Notes: generated by a model not told the origin, from the sequence alone. A stretch of DNA of 64,000 nt from an uncultured Acidobacteriota bacterium (GCA_963741955.1 CAVUKB010000010.1:504260-568259); one strand, 5' to 3'. Positions 9,565 through 20,517 are shown, numbered from the stretch's first letter. Numbers and translations are program-made.

Positions 9565-11477
9565 TACTTGTAGCTCCTTTGGGTCAGATGGACGTTCTCG
9601 AATTCGAGAGTCTCCTTGTGGAGGGCGGGGGCGTTCCCCTGACCTTTCCACTCCCAGGCGGCGACGTAGGCGAACTTCTCGTCATCGCGCCTGGCCTCTC
9701 CCTCCGGGGTCTGGTGCTCGACCCGGAAGTGGCCACCGGCGGATTCCTCGCGATGGAGAGCGTCGATGCACATCAGCTCCGCCAGGTCGAAGTAGTCGAT
9801 GACACGGCCGGCCTTCTCGAGGTTCTGGTTGAGCTCTTCACCTCCGCCCACGACCGCGACGTTCTTCCAGAAGTCGTCGCGAAGCTGACGGATCTTTCCA
9901 AGGGCGAGCTCCAGTCCTTCCCTGCTGCGGGCCATGCCGCAGTACTCCCAGGTGATCTGGCCGAGCTCTTTGTGGAACGAGTCGACGGTCCGGTTGCCTT
10001 TGTTCTCCAGCAATCGTCTGGTGATCCTGCGTACGCCCTCCTCGGCTTCCCGGAATTCGTCGTCGCCGGCGGGACGGATCTTGTTGAGCTTCGTCGCGAG
10101 GAAATTCGCGACGGTGTTCGGAACGACGAAGTAGCCGTCCGCGAGTCCCTGCATCAGTGCGGACGCGCCGAGGCGGTTCGCACCGTGATCGGAGAAATTC
10201 GCTTCGCCGATCACGAAGAGTCCCGGGATACTGCTCTGGAGGTTGTAGTCGACCCACAGACCGCCCATGGTGTAGTGCGGCGCGGGATAGATCCGCATCG
10301 GAACCTCGTAGGGATCCTCGTCGGTGATGTCGTGGTACATCTCGAAGAGATTTCCGTAGCGCTCTTCGATCACCGGACGACCGAGTCGTTCGATGGCGTC
10401 GGCGAAGTCGAGATACACGCCGCGGCCGCTCGGGCCGACGCCGCGACCTTCGTCGCAGACTTCCTTCGCGTTCCGGGAAGCGACGTCGCGGGGGACCAGA
10501 TTGCCGAACCCGGGATACTTCCGTTCGAGGTAGTAATCGCGATCCGCCTCGGGGATGTCGTTCGGCTTGCGCGTCTCGCCCTGCTTCTTCGGCACCCAGA
10601 TCCGGCCGTCGTTGCGGAGCGACTCCGACATCAGTGTGAGCTTGGACTGGAAGTCGCCGCTCTGCGGGATGCAGGTCGGGTGGATCTGCGTGTAGCAGGG
10701 GTTGGCGAAGTAAGCGCCGCGCTTGTGAGCTCGCCAGATCGCCGTGGCGTTGCTCTGCTTGGCGTTGGTCGAGAGATAGAAGACGTTGGCGTATCCGCCG
10801 GTGCCGAGGATCACCGCATCGGCCTTGTGGGTCTCGATTCTTCCGGTGATCAGGTTTCGGGTGACGATTCCCCGGGCTTCGCCGTCGACCACCACCAAGT
10901 CGAGCATCTCGGTGCGGGTGAGCATCTCCACGGTTCCTGCGTCGATCTGGCGCTCGAGCGCCTGATACGCGCCGAGGAGCAGCTGCTGTCCGGTCTGGCC
11001 GCGTGCGTAGAACGTGCGCGAGACCTGCACGCCGCCGAAGGAGCGGTTGTCGAGGAGACCGCCGTACTCACGCGCAAAGGGAACGCCCTGAGCCACGCAC
11101 TGGTCGATGATGTTCACGCTGACCTGGGCGAGCCGGTAGACGTTGGCCTCGCGGGAGCGGTAGTCGCCTCCCTTGACCGTGTCGTAGAAGAGCCGCCAGA
11201 TGCTGTCGCCGTCGTTCCGGTAATTCTTCGCCGCGTTGATTCCCCCCTGCGCTGCGATGCTGTGCGCGCGCCGGGGCGAGTCGTGGTAAACGACGCATTT
11301 GACCTTGTAGCCGAGCTCTCCGAGAGTGGCTGCGGCGGAGGCTCCGGCAAGACCGGCTCCGACCACGATGATCTCGAACTTTCGGCGGTTCGACGGGTTG
11401 ACGAGTTTGTAGTCGAATCTGACCTTGTCCCACTTCTCCGGCAGAGGGCCGGCAGGGATATTCGAATTCAGTTCCAT
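9564..11477 (-). CDS. sdhA: Succinate dehydrogenase/fumarate reductase flavoprotein subunit
   Basis: [20 protein letters not shown] (covalent FAD His), HYTMGGL, HGANRLG; start MELNSNIP. Confidence 0.95.
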
Positions 11478-11494
11478 CGAGCCTGACTCCTGAC

Positions 11495-12172
11495 CTATCT
11501 GACCCATCCGGCGAGTACCGAGACCGGAATCGAGATGTTGCCGATCGCGATGATCAGCGCGAAGGCGGTCGCGAAGTAGCGACGCCAGAGATTGAATCGC
11601 GGATTGTTCCAGCCGAGCGACTGGAAGAGGCTCCAGAGGCCGTGGTAGAGGTGAAAGCCGAGCGCGACGTTCGCGATGACGTAGAACGACGCGATCCACC
11701 AGACCGAGAACGAAGCGACCACATTGTGGTACGGATCGCCCTGGATGAAGTTGGGGTTCACCGTTCCGAAGGTCAGGTCCAGCAGGTGCCAGATCACGAA
11801 GAGGACGATGATCACTCCGCCCCATCTCATGGTGCGGGCCGCATAGGTCGCGGCGGGGTAGTCCCGATCCCGGTAGCCGACCGGACGAGCCTTCCAGTTC
11901 ATCAGCGTCAGCTGCGTCGCAGCCTGGATGTGGAACCACGTCGCGACGATCAGCAGCGCCCGGGTGATCCAGAGGACCGCCGAAGTGGGGAATGCCGGCC
12001 CTCCGATGACTCTGAGCCATTCGGCATAGTGGTTGAGTGCTTGCGGTCCGAGATAGATCTTCAGATTGCCGACCATGTGCGCCGTGATCCAGGCAAAGAT
12101 GAAAATGCCCGTCACGGCCATGACGGCCTTCTTACCGATGGCGGACCTGTAGAACTTCAGAAACCAAGGCAT
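11495..12172 (-). CDS. sdhC: Succinate dehydrogenase cytochrome b558 subunit
   Basis: [19 protein letters not shown] and further TM His ligands (WFHI, IWHL, FHLYHG); operon order C-A-B. Confidence 0.9.
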   Translation of the reverse strand: MPWFLKFYRSAIGKKAVMAVTGIFIFAWITAHMVGNLKIYLGPQALNHYAEWLRVIGGPAFPTSAVLWITRALLIVATWFHIQAATQLTLMNWKARPVGYRDRDYPAATYAARTMRWGGVIIVLFVIWHLLDLTFGTVNPNFIQGDPYHNVVASFSVWWIASFYVIANVALGFHLYHGLWSLFQSLGWNNPRFNLWRRYFATAFALIIAIGNISIPVSVLAGWVR

Positions 12173-12392
12173 CGGCTGTTCACCTTTCGAAAGAACGAGG
12201 TTGTCGATGGGAGGAACCGGCCGCCCGACCGTGTCGTCCGGCGTCAGTCTGAGCTCCATGTCGGGCGTAATGATATCGAGCCGGGACGAACATGGAAAGT
12301 GCGCAAGCGCACGTCCTCTTGTGAGTTGTGGGCAGAGCGTGAAAAGAAGGAGTCGGGGGGTAGATGACAGAGCAGAAAGGAGGAGAGTGGGT

Positions 12393-12941
12393 TCAGGATC
12401 GGCCCAGGAGCCGCTCGATCTTCTCCAATGCCCGCTCCGATCCTCGTTCGCCGAGCCTCTTCGAAGCCTCGTCGAGATCGAACCAGCGGAGCTCCACCGA
12501 CTCGTCCGCCGATGTCCGGATCGATTCGGGTTCGGGAGTGGTGAAGAGAAACCTGACGTCGAAATGGAGATGAGGCGGCTCTCCGCGGCCGGCGGGGATC
12601 GGATGGATGTCGAGATCGAGAATCCGTCCGTCGACCGGGGTGATCGTCTCCAGTCCCGATTCCTCGAGAGCTTCCCGGCGTGCGGCGTCGAGCAGACTCT
12701 CGCCCTCCTCGATGTGACCTCCCAGCTGCAGCCACCGGTCGAGTCTGCGGTGGTGATGAAGCAGAAGGCGCCTCGCATCATCGACGACGAACGCACTCGC
12801 AGTGAAGTGTCCGGGGAAGAAATGCTCCCGCGAGAACGACGAAGGTGCGGTTTCCGCGAGGCGGACCATCGCATCGCGATGCCCGGCTTCGCGGTCGTCG
12901 GCGGGTACGTAACCGCGCAGCTGCCGGATCAGATCGTCCAC
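12393..12941 (-). CDS. NUDIX hydrolase
   Basis: GHFTASAFVV and the Nudix box GGHIEEGESLLDAARREALEESGL; GTG start just after the upstream stop. Confidence 0.88.
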   Translation of the reverse strand: MDDLIRQLRGYVPADDREAGHRDAMVRLAETAPSSFSREHFFPGHFTASAFVVDDARRLLLHHHRRLDRWLQLGGHIEEGESLLDAARREALEESGLETITPVDGRILDLDIHPIPAGRGEPPHLHFDVRFLFTTPEPESIRTSADESVELRWFDLDEASKRLGERGSERALEKIERLLGRS

Positions 12942-12943
12942 GC

Positions 12944-15373
12944 TCAGGAGTTCGTCTTCCAGAAGATGGGGAAACGGGCCGGGGCCGCGTCGTGCATCAG
13001 CGCGTAAACCGCCTCGAAGATACTCTCGCGGTTTGGTTTCGACCAGTAATCTCCATCCGAGCCGTATGCCGGCCGGTGCGGCTTTCCGGTGACGGTTCGC
13101 GGCTCCGAGTCGAGCAGCTCGTATCCGTGCTGCACCTCGAGCACGTTGCGCAGCATGAACGCCGTCGTCCCGCCGGGGACGTCCTCGTCGACGAAGACGA
13201 CGCGGCTGGTCTTCTCCAGCGACTCCGAGATCTTCCCGTGAAGGTCGAACGGAAGGAGCGTCTGCACGTCGATCACTTCCGCGTGAATGCCGCTTCTCGC
13301 GAGGAGATCCGCTGCATCGAGGACGATCCGGCACGACGCGCCATAGGTGACGATCGTGACGTCGCTCCCTTCCCGGAGGATCTCCGGAGCCCCGAGTGGA
13401 ACCGTGAAGTCCCCGATGTTGTTGGGACGTCTCTCCTTCGCACGGTATCCGTTGAGCACTTCGACCAGAATCGCCGGATCGTCTCCGCGGAGGAGAGTGT
13501 TGTACATCCCCGCGGCCTGCTCCATGTTCCGCGGTACGCAGACGTGCATTCCTCGCACGAGATTGAGGATTCCCGCCATCGGAGATCCTGAATGCCAGAT
13601 TCCTTCGAGCCGGTGTCCGCGGGTGCGGATGATCACCGGAGCCTTCTGTCCCCCGCGGGTCCTCCAGCGAACGGTGGCAAGATCGTCGGACATGATCTGG
13701 AGCGCGTAAAGGACGTAGTCGAGGTACTGAATCTCCGCGATCGGACGGAGACCGCGCAGGGCCATTCCGATCGCCTGACCGATGATGGTGCACTCGCGGA
13801 TCCCGGTATCCGAGACCCGTAGCACACCGTATTTCTCCTGCAATCCGGCGCAGCCCTGGTTCACATCGCCGAGGTGCCCGACGTCTTCGCCCATGATGAA
13901 GAGGTTCGGCATCCGCTCGAGGGCGGCGTCGAAGCAGGCGTTGATCACTTCGAAACCGTTGACTACCGGCGAGCCGTCGCTGAACTGCGGTTCGACCGCC
14001 TCGATCTTCAAAGGCGATTCCTCGCTCTCGCTGTAAAGATCCGAATCGTACCGATCCGCGTTCACTCTCTGCTGCCGGTTGCGCCATTCGACGAGCGCGG
14101 ACAGCTCGGGAGTCGAGTCGGTCCTGGCCTCGAAGATCACTTCCGTCGCGGTGCGCATCAGATCGCGTCGCATCGGGGTCTGGATCCGCTCGAGAGCGGA
14201 GCGTACCGCCGCGATCTTCTCCCGGTTCGCACTCGCACTCTCGACTCCGGCAATCATCCCCAGCAGCTCGTTCATCTCGGCCATCACCGGGGCGCGGTAG
14301 CTCTCCCACGCGCTCTTCTGCGCATGGCGGACGTGCTCGCGCTCCTCGGCTTCGATCCGGTCGAGCTCATCCCCCCCGGCGATTCCCCGGAAGATCATCC
14401 ACTCCCGCATCTGCCGGATGCAGTCGTACTCCTCTTCCCATTCCAGCCGCTCGCGCGACTTGTAGCGCTCGTGGCTTCCGGACGTGGAATGCCCCTGCGG
14501 CTGGGTGAGCTCGACCACGTGAAGGATCGCAGGAACGTGCTCCATCCGGACGATGGCGGCGGCGTTGATGTACGTCTCGCAGAGCGACGGATAGTCCCAG
14601 CCACGGACGGTGTAGAGGTCGAATCCCTGACGCGATTCCGATCGCCGCTGAAATCCGCTGAGCACTTCGGAGAGATTTCCTTTCGCGATCTGGAATTCGT
14701 TCGGAACGGAGATCCCGTAGTTGTCGTCCCAGATCGACAGAATCACCGGCGCACCGAGGACTCCGATCGCGTTGACCGACTCCCAGAACATCCCCTCGGC
14801 GCAGCTCGCGTTGCCGATCGTGCCGAAGGCGACCTCGTCGCCGTTGTGTGAGAAGCGGGTGAACGAGCGAAGCTCTTCGATCTCGCGGTAGAGCCGCGAA
14901 GCGTAGCCGAGGCCGACGAGGCGAGGCATCTGCGAGCCGGTGGGGGAGAGGTCGGGCGAGGAGACCGGCATCCCGGTCAGGTCGCGCCAGGAGCCGTCGG
15001 GCTCCAGGGTGCGGCTGGCGAAATGGCAGTTCATCGAACGACCGCCCGACGCGGGATCGCACGCGATGTCGGGATTCGCATAGAGCTGGGCGAAGAACTC
15101 TTCGACCGTGGTCATTCCGGCCGCGAGCATGAAGGTCTGATCGCGGTAGTAGCCGGAGCGGAGATCTCCCTTCCGGAACGCCCGGGCCATCGCCAGCTGC
15201 GCGACCTCTTTTCCATCGCCGAAGATTCCGAACTTCGCCTTCCCGGTCAGGACTTCTTTCCGTCCGATCAGACTCGCCTGGCGGCTGCGGTATCCGATGC
15301 GGAAATCGTGAACGATGCTCTCTCTGCTGAACTCGACGCTGGCCGGTTCGGTGGTCTGCTTTTCGGTCTGCAT
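12944..15373 (-). CDS. 2-oxoacid dehydrogenase E1, alpha/beta fusion (TPP-dependent)
   Basis: SGYYRDQT, GNASCAEG...WDDNYGIS TPP motif, GHSTSGSHERY, GEDVG, DTGIRE and AEIQYLDY. Confidence 0.9.
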   Translation of the reverse strand: MQTEKQTTEPASVEFSRESIVHDFRIGYRSRQASLIGRKEVLTGKAKFGIFGDGKEVAQLAMARAFRKGDLRSGYYRDQTFMLAAGMTTVEEFFAQLYANPDIACDPASGGRSMNCHFASRTLEPDGSWRDLTGMPVSSPDLSPTGSQMPRLVGLGYASRLYREIEELRSFTRFSHNGDEVAFGTIGNASCAEGMFWESVNAIGVLGAPVILSIWDDNYGISVPNEFQIAKGNLSEVLSGFQRRSESRQGFDLYTVRGWDYPSLCETYINAAAIVRMEHVPAILHVVELTQPQGHSTSGSHERYKSRERLEWEEEYDCIRQMREWMIFRGIAGGDELDRIEAEEREHVRHAQKSAWESYRAPVMAEMNELLGMIAGVESASANREKIAAVRSALERIQTPMRRDLMRTATEVIFEARTDSTPELSALVEWRNRQQRVNADRYDSDLYSESEESPLKIEAVEPQFSDGSPVVNGFEVINACFDAALERMPNLFIMGEDVGHLGDVNQGCAGLQEKYGVLRVSDTGIRECTIIGQAIGMALRGLRPIAEIQYLDYVLYALQIMSDDLATVRWRTRGGQKAPVIIRTRGHRLEGIWHSGSPMAGILNLVRGMHVCVPRNMEQAAGMYNTLLRGDDPAILVEVLNGYRAKERRPNNIGDFTVPLGAPEILREGSDVTIVTYGASCRIVLDAADLLARSGIHAEVIDVQTLLPFDLHGKISESLEKTSRVVFVDEDVPGGTTAFMLRNVLEVQHGYELLDSEPRTVTGKPHRPAYGSDGDYWSKPNRESIFEAVYALMHDAAPARFPIFWKTNS

Positions 15374-15596
15374 TGCTTCTCCGACGATGATCTGCAGGTT
15401 CTCCCGGATCCCGATCCGCAGCAGGGGGGCGCTGTTCGTGCGGGTTGCTGCCGCTCTGACAGCGCACCCGTCCTGCGAGCGGCAGAGCCGCCTGCCGGCG
15501 AGCCCGGGGATGAAGATTTATACCATGATCGGCAGATTCGGCGGTGCGGCGGCCTGATCCAAGGAAGCGCCGGCCGCGACTCGGATTCGTTTCGAC

Positions 15597-16280
15597 TCAG
15601 ACTTTGCGGCGGCGGACGGAAGTGGAAGACGTTTTCCGGGAGGCTGGCCGGCTCCGCTTCGGCTTGTCCACGCGGAGCATTCCGTTCCGGAGCATGTCCG
15701 CGATCTCCCGGATCACCGACTCGCTGTCTTTCCCGAAATGGTCTTTCACGCCGAAGAGAATCTCGACCGAGAAGTAGTTGAGATAGAAGCGGGTGGCGAG
15801 CATGAGAGCCGAGACCGGCGAGATGCCGGAGCGGAGCTTCTTTTCGATCTTCTGGCGCCGCCCGTCCTGAGCGAGGAAGGCCTCGTAACGCTTCCACATT
15901 TCGGAGTAGAACTTCCGGATGTGGCTTCCGTCGAACTCCACGACGTCGACATAGATCAGCGCGACGTACTTCCTGTAACGCGACACGCTCTCGCGGGAGG
16001 CGAAACCGACGATCTCGAGGTTGTCCGGGAACTCGCCCCTGGCCAGGGCGGCGTTGAGCGGAAAATCGGGTTGCGCGATCGCGCTCCAGTATTCGTCGAG
16101 GAGCTCTCGGAAGATGGTCTCCTTGTCCGGGAAGTGGTGGTACACGTTTCCCGTGGAGACTGCGGCGGCCTCGGCGATCTCCCTCACGCTGGTCGCTCGG
16201 TATCCCTGATGGGAGAAGAGAATCAGTGCTGAGTCGAGGATCTGACGGCGGCTCCGTTCGGAGCGTTCTTCCTGAAGCAT
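15597..16280 (-). CDS. TetR/AcrR family transcriptional regulator
   Basis: N-terminal HTH LFSHQGYRATSVREIAEAAAVSTGNVYHHFPDK. Confidence 0.92.
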   Translation of the reverse strand: MLQEERSERSRRQILDSALILFSHQGYRATSVREIAEAAAVSTGNVYHHFPDKETIFRELLDEYWSAIAQPDFPLNAALARGEFPDNLEIVGFASRESVSRYRKYVALIYVDVVEFDGSHIRKFYSEMWKRYEAFLAQDGRRQKIEKKLRSGISPVSALMLATRFYLNYFSVEILFGVKDHFGKDSESVIREIADMLRNGMLRVDKPKRSRPASRKTSSTSVRRRKV

Positions 16281-16430
16281 AAAAACCGACCAGGTGTCAG
16301 GTTAACTGCCGGGTCGGAGCCGGTCAAGGAAAGGTTTCGGTTCGAGAGTCGACGATCTCCGGTGGAGGGTCAGACGTTCAAAGCGACGGCGGAGACCGCT
16401 AGAAGAGACGTGCGCGAGTGCAATCCCGGA

Positions 16431-16706
16431 TCAGAAGATCAGATGCGCCCCGACGAAGACGATCATGGCCAGGAACAGCAGCGGAATCATCACCGCAGCG
16501 ATCGTCAACAGAATCGGGATGACCACCGACGCGACGACGGTCAGCACCACGAGAACGATGAGCCACTTGAGAAGAACGAAGACGAGGCTGATCGGGAAGA
16601 AGATGATCTTCATCGTCGCGCCGATCAGCGACGCGATCAGGACGAGACCGAAGAGGACCACTCCGGCCACTGCCATGGCGACGAGAACTCCGAAAAGCTC
16701 CAGCAT
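16431..16706 (-). CDS. Small hydrophobic membrane protein
   Basis: GAGGAGG RBS; 91 aa, almost entirely hydrophobic. Confidence 0.7.
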   Translation of the reverse strand: MLELFGVLVAMAVAGVVLFGLVLIASLIGATMKIIFFPISLVFVLLKWLIVLVVLTVVASVVIPILLTIAAVMIPLLFLAMIVFVGAHLIF

Positions 16707-16763
16707 CTCGACCTCCTCGTCAGGAGATACGGAAGGACGGCTGGTTTGTTTCGTCCGCCGCGG

Positions 16764-16994
16764 CTACCAGGGAGGGGTCTCGTCCGCGATCCGGGCGATC
16801 TCTTCGGGGGTGAGCTCCGGCTCGAGATCGACCGCCGGGCCGGAGCTCTCGCCGCTGTGCTCTTCGCGGCCGCTGCCGCTGTAGCCGAGAACTTCGGAAC
16901 CGTCGGCCCAGAGAATCTTCTGCATCTCGTTCTCCACCGCTCCCTTTTCGTCGCCGGCGCGCTCGATGACGGGCGCTTCCAGTAATGTGGCCAT
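16764..16994 (-). CDS. Small acidic hypothetical protein
   Basis: AGGAGG RBS before MATLLEAP...ETPPW. Confidence 0.55.
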   Translation of the reverse strand: MATLLEAPVIERAGDEKGAVENEMQKILWADGSEVLGYSGSGREEHSGESSGPAVDLEPELTPEEIARIADETPPW

Positions 16995-17158
16995 CACGTT
17001 CCTCCTGAGCCAATCTGTGTCAGCAGTGGCGGAGCGTACAAGTCCCGGGATCACGGTTGGATGTGACGGGAGGTTCGGGGGTCGAGGATTCGCAGGAAGG
17101 ATCCGGGGTCGTTCCGAGTCGTCGCAGGACGTCAGAACCGGCCTGAACGTCCTCGAAA

Positions 17159-17207
17159 TTGTGGGTTGTGGAACCTCTGAGACTGTCTCGATCCCACAAC
17201 CCACAAC
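17159..17207. repeat. Inverted heptamer hairpin (terminator-like) downstream of the OmpW gene
   Basis: TTGTGGGTTGTGG ... CCACAACCCACAA. Confidence 0.6.
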
Positions 17208-17213
17208 CAGCGC

Positions 17214-17873
17214 TCAGAACTGGAACGAAAGCCCCGCCGCCACCATCAGCGGATTGATGTCGACCTTGGTGGTCTGCCCCGGCCCTGATGCGAATTCCGC
17301 CTTCGCTGAAGAGCGGACCGGAACGTATTTGACGTCACCGAGAATCGCGAGATGCGGAGAGAGGTCGAAACTCAGCCCGGCATTGGCGACGAATCCGCCG
17401 TCGTCCTGAAAGTCGATCTTCCGCAGCGTGACGTTGTTCAGATCACTGATGTTGTCGACGTTGTCGAACAGCACGTACGCCACTCCGGCGCCGAGGTATG
17501 GATCGACGCGGCCGTTCGGGTTGAAGTGGTACTGCAGAGTTCCGGTGATCGGAATCATCTGCAGACTCCCTCCGGTGAATGCGGGGACGGCCGGGTTGTT
17601 CGATGTGAACGCAACGTCGGGATTCACCACCGACACCGCGAACTCGGTCGAGATCCGGTCTGCCCAGAACACGTTGATCGCTGCGCCGTACCCGACTTTC
17701 GAATTGAAGTTCAGGTTGGCGTTGTCGATGGCATTCGGCCCCTGGAACGTGTGATCTCCACTCAGATCGACCCAGTTCGCGAATGCGCTGACGTCGACCG
17801 AGCGGCTCTGTGCAAAGATCGGAACTGCCACGAATGCGGCGATGACGAACATACTGACGATGGTTTTCTTCAT
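17214..17873 (-). CDS. OmpW-family outer membrane beta-barrel protein
   Basis: Signal peptide, IPITGTLQYHF, PYLGAGVAY, DVKYV, INP.MV..GLSFQF terminal Phe. Confidence 0.88.
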   Translation of the reverse strand: MKKTIVSMFVIAAFVAVPIFAQSRSVDVSAFANWVDLSGDHTFQGPNAIDNANLNFNSKVGYGAAINVFWADRISTEFAVSVVNPDVAFTSNNPAVPAFTGGSLQMIPITGTLQYHFNPNGRVDPYLGAGVAYVLFDNVDNISDLNNVTLRKIDFQDDGGFVANAGLSFDLSPHLAILGDVKYVPVRSSAKAEFASGPGQTTKVDINPLMVAAGLSFQF

Positions 17874-18059
17874 AAGTCCTCCCAAAGTTATTCGGATCGG
17901 GAGGAAAGCAAGATCGCGGCCCGACTGATCGTTGGGTCCGCGTATCTTTTTTGAGTTGTTCCGGCCGAGGTCGCGGGCCGGGAGTTTGCGCGGCAGAAAT
18001 GTCGAGCGCTCGAGGGCATCGCGGTGACGTTCCCGCCCGCAATCCGCAGCCCAACAGCC

Positions 18060-19004
18060 TCAAGGCTGGCGCCCGGGACGTGCGTTCTCCGCTCCGGCGA
18101 TGGCCATCCGCGCCGCTCCGTCGACCGGCATCTCGCGCGGCGGGGCGAGCCACATGTTCGGACAGGCCTCGCGAATGGTGCGCTCCATCGGGTCGATGAG
18201 AAACGCGCCGGCGTGGAACGCCCCTCCGACGTAGGCCACCGCACAGGTGTGGCTCTTCATCTCCAGCTGACCCGCTACTGCGACCACCGCTTGCCCCAGC
18301 TCGTCTCCGGCTTCGCGCAGGATCTGTACCGCGACGTCGTCTCCCTTGTTCGCCGCCTCGATGATCAGCCGGGTGTACGCCGCGATGTCGTATGCGCGCG
18401 TGGTCGGCGCATACACGAAGAGGGGGAGATCGCGCGGCTCGCAGAGGTCGTGATGTGCGCAGACGAGATCGGTGATGATGGTCTGCGGTCCGCGCCCGTC
18501 GAATGCTCGCACCACCGCGGAGAGTCCTTCGCGCGCGATGGAGTAACCGCTTCCTTCGTCTCCGATGGTCGGTCCCCATCCGCCAGCTCTCGCTTCGTCT
18601 CCTCGGTCGTTGCGACCGAACGCGACCGATCCGGTGCCGGAGATGATCACGATTCCTTCGCCGAGACCGATCCCCGCGGTCAGTGCGATGCGTGCGTCGC
18701 TGGCGACGGTGAAATTTCCGCGGGGAAAGAACGAGCCGAGCGCGCCGACCAGGCGCTTCCTGTGCTCCGGATGATCGGCTCCGGCGATCCCGCAGTAGGT
18801 GAAGGCCACCTGCTCGAAGTCCGCGTCCGCCGCCCGCACCGCCTGGAGGATGGCCTTTTCGAGCTCGATCCGCGCGGAGTCGAGACCGACGCGGAGGAAA
18901 TTCGAAGGACCTGCTTCGCCGCGCCCCAGCGGATGCATCGATTCGTCGACGACGATCGAGCTGGTTTTCGAACCGCCGCCGTCGACTCCGATGTACAGAC
19001 TCAT
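18060..19004 (-). CDS. BadF/BadG/BcrA/BcrD-type ATPase, N-acetylglucosamine/MurNAc kinase-like
   Basis: IGVDGGGSKT, ISGTGSVA and RAGGWGPTIGDEGSGY motifs. Confidence 0.88.
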   Translation of the reverse strand: MSLYIGVDGGGSKTSSIVVDESMHPLGRGEAGPSNFLRVGLDSARIELEKAILQAVRAADADFEQVAFTYCGIAGADHPEHRKRLVGALGSFFPRGNFTVASDARIALTAGIGLGEGIVIISGTGSVAFGRNDRGDEARAGGWGPTIGDEGSGYSIAREGLSAVVRAFDGRGPQTIITDLVCAHHDLCEPRDLPLFVYAPTTRAYDIAAYTRLIIEAANKGDDVAVQILREAGDELGQAVVAVAGQLEMKSHTCAVAYVGGAFHAGAFLIDPMERTIREACPNMWLAPPREMPVDGAARMAIAGAENARPGRQP

Positions 19005-19022
19005 CACTCTCCTCACCCGTGA

Positions 19023-19038
19023 CGGTATCGCTGTTGCA
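19023..19038 (+). promoter_or_regulatory. Putative sigma54 promoter of the 19114 lipoprotein gene
   Basis: CGGTATCGCTGTTGCA, GG-N10-GC with canonical TTGCA -12 element. Confidence 0.45.
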
Positions 19039-19113
19039 CAGTATGAGCCCGCCGGCGTGCACCGGACATCCGAACTCTCTGCGCGAGCCGGCAGAAAGAC
19101 AGGAGGACGATTC

Positions 19114-19599
19114 ATGATACCGAAAGTAGTGAAGAGTATGGGAATCCTGGTCGGTCTCGTCGCCCTCGCGACGGTGGGATGCAAGTCATCCGGCACCGCG
19201 GTGACCCAGCGGGGTCAGGTGATGAAGATCTCGATCGATGGCCCATCCTCGATGGCCGAAGGAGAGACATCCGACATCCGGGTGAACGTAGCGAATTACG
19301 GCGTGAACAAACTCTCCAACGTGGTGTATCAGGTGGAAGTTCCGCCGCGGCTGGTGGTGCTGGAAGAGAATCACGGTGCAGGGATGAACCTGACTGCAGC
19401 GATCACCCCGGACGGCTCGAAACTGTACGCGTACCGGATCGGAGGCCTCAATCCGGGAGAGAAGTCGGAAGCGCGTTTCAAAGTTCGCGCATCGTTCGGC
19501 TCGTTCGACACGAGCGGTGACATCAAAGTCACCGCCTGGCAGGAGGACCTTCCGAACAACAAGCTGATCGAAACGCACGCCATCAAACTCAAGAGTTGA
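19114..19599 (+). CDS. Lipoprotein with Ig-like (DUF11-like) domain
   Basis: AGGAGG RBS, lipobox TVGC, GP...GE....RVNVANYG....NV and IGGLNPGEK motifs. Confidence 0.65.
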   Translation: MIPKVVKSMGILVGLVALATVGCKSSGTAVTQRGQVMKISIDGPSSMAEGETSDIRVNVANYGVNKLSNVVYQVEVPPRLVVLEENHGAGMNLTAAITPDGSKLYAYRIGGLNPGEKSEARFKVRASFGSFDTSGDIKVTAWQEDLPNNKLIETHAIKLKS

Positions 19600-19609
19600 C
19601 CCTTATTTT

Positions 19610-19731
19610 GAGCGGTGAGCGGTGAGCGGTGAGCGCAGAATGTTCTCGAGCCTGGTGTAGAAACAGAAGAGTCTTACGCTCGTCGCTCGTCGCTCGTCGC
19701 TCGTCGCTCGTCGCTCGTCGCTCGTCGCTCG
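19610..19731. repeat. Inverted pair of heptamer tandem arrays: (GAGCGGT)x3.7 and (CGCTCGT)x7.9
   Basis: Directly visible at 19610-19635 and 19677-19731; the arms are complementary with G-U pairs. Confidence 0.9.
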
Positions 19732-19764
19732 CCTCCCGCCTCTCCCTCCCGTACAATTCCCGGC

Positions 19765-20517
19765 ATGGAATTGAAGCAGGAACAGAACAAGATCAAGATC
19801 CCCGGGAAACCTCGCGAGACGATGGAGGACCGGCATCTCCTCGACCGTCCCACTCTAGCCGCAACCCTGCAGAGCGACTCGTGGCGTGTGCTGCGGATCA
19901 CCAGCGAGTTCGTGACGGGATTCGACCAGCTCTCGGATATCTATCCTGCAGTCTCGATCTTCGGCTCGGCGCGGACGCTCCCCGACAACCCCTACTACGA
20001 GAGGTGCGTCGCCACCGCAGAATGCCTCGGCCGTGCCGGCTTCGCCATCATCAGCGGCGGAGGACCGGGGATGATGGAAGCGGCGAACCGCGGCGCGCGC
20101 CAGGCGGGCGCACTCTCAGTCGGCTGCAACATCGAGCTGCCGTTCGAGCAGCAGGTGAATCCGTACGTCGACAAAGCACTGACGTTCCGCTATTTCTTCG
20201 TCCGCAAGACGATGTTCGTGAAGTACTCCGAGGCGTTCATCGCGTTTCCGGGGGGCTTCGGAACTCTCGACGAGCTGTTCGACGCGCTCACATTGATCCA
20301 GACCCAGAAGATCTCGGATTTTCCGGTGATCCTCTTCGGCGTCGATTACTGGAGTGGATTGATCGGGTGGCTTCGCGACACGGTGCTCGCTGCAGGAAAC
20401 ATCGTCAGCCAGGACGTCGACAGCATTCACGTTGTGGACGACCCGGACGAGGTGGCGAATATCGTCTCCGATTACCACCGGCAGGCACTGGCGAACAACG
20501 GGAAGAGCTCACGCTGA
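19765..20517 (+). CDS. LOG family (TIGR00730) nucleotide phosphoribohydrolase
   Basis: SIFGSART, SGGGPGMMEAAN, FFVRK and FPGGFGTLDE motifs. Confidence 0.92.
   Translation: MELKQEQNKIKIPGKPRETMEDRHLLDRPTLAATLQSDSWRVLRITSEFVTGFDQLSDIYPAVSIFGSARTLPDNPYYERCVATAECLGRAGFAIISGGGPGMMEAANRGARQAGALSVGCNIELPFEQQVNPYVDKALTFRYFFVRKTMFVKYSEAFIAFPGGFGTLDELFDALTLIQTQKISDFPVILFGVDYWSGLIGWLRDTVLAAGNIVSQDVDSIHVVDDPDEVANIVSDYHRQALANNGKSSR

Noticed and set aside
12944-15373. E1 alpha-beta fusion and non-canonical GNAS TPP motif as novelty
   Set aside because: Fused E1 proteins of this type are already well known
19610-19731. Possible CRISPR array
   Set aside because: Units are 7 bp with no unique spacers, and there are no cas genes nearby
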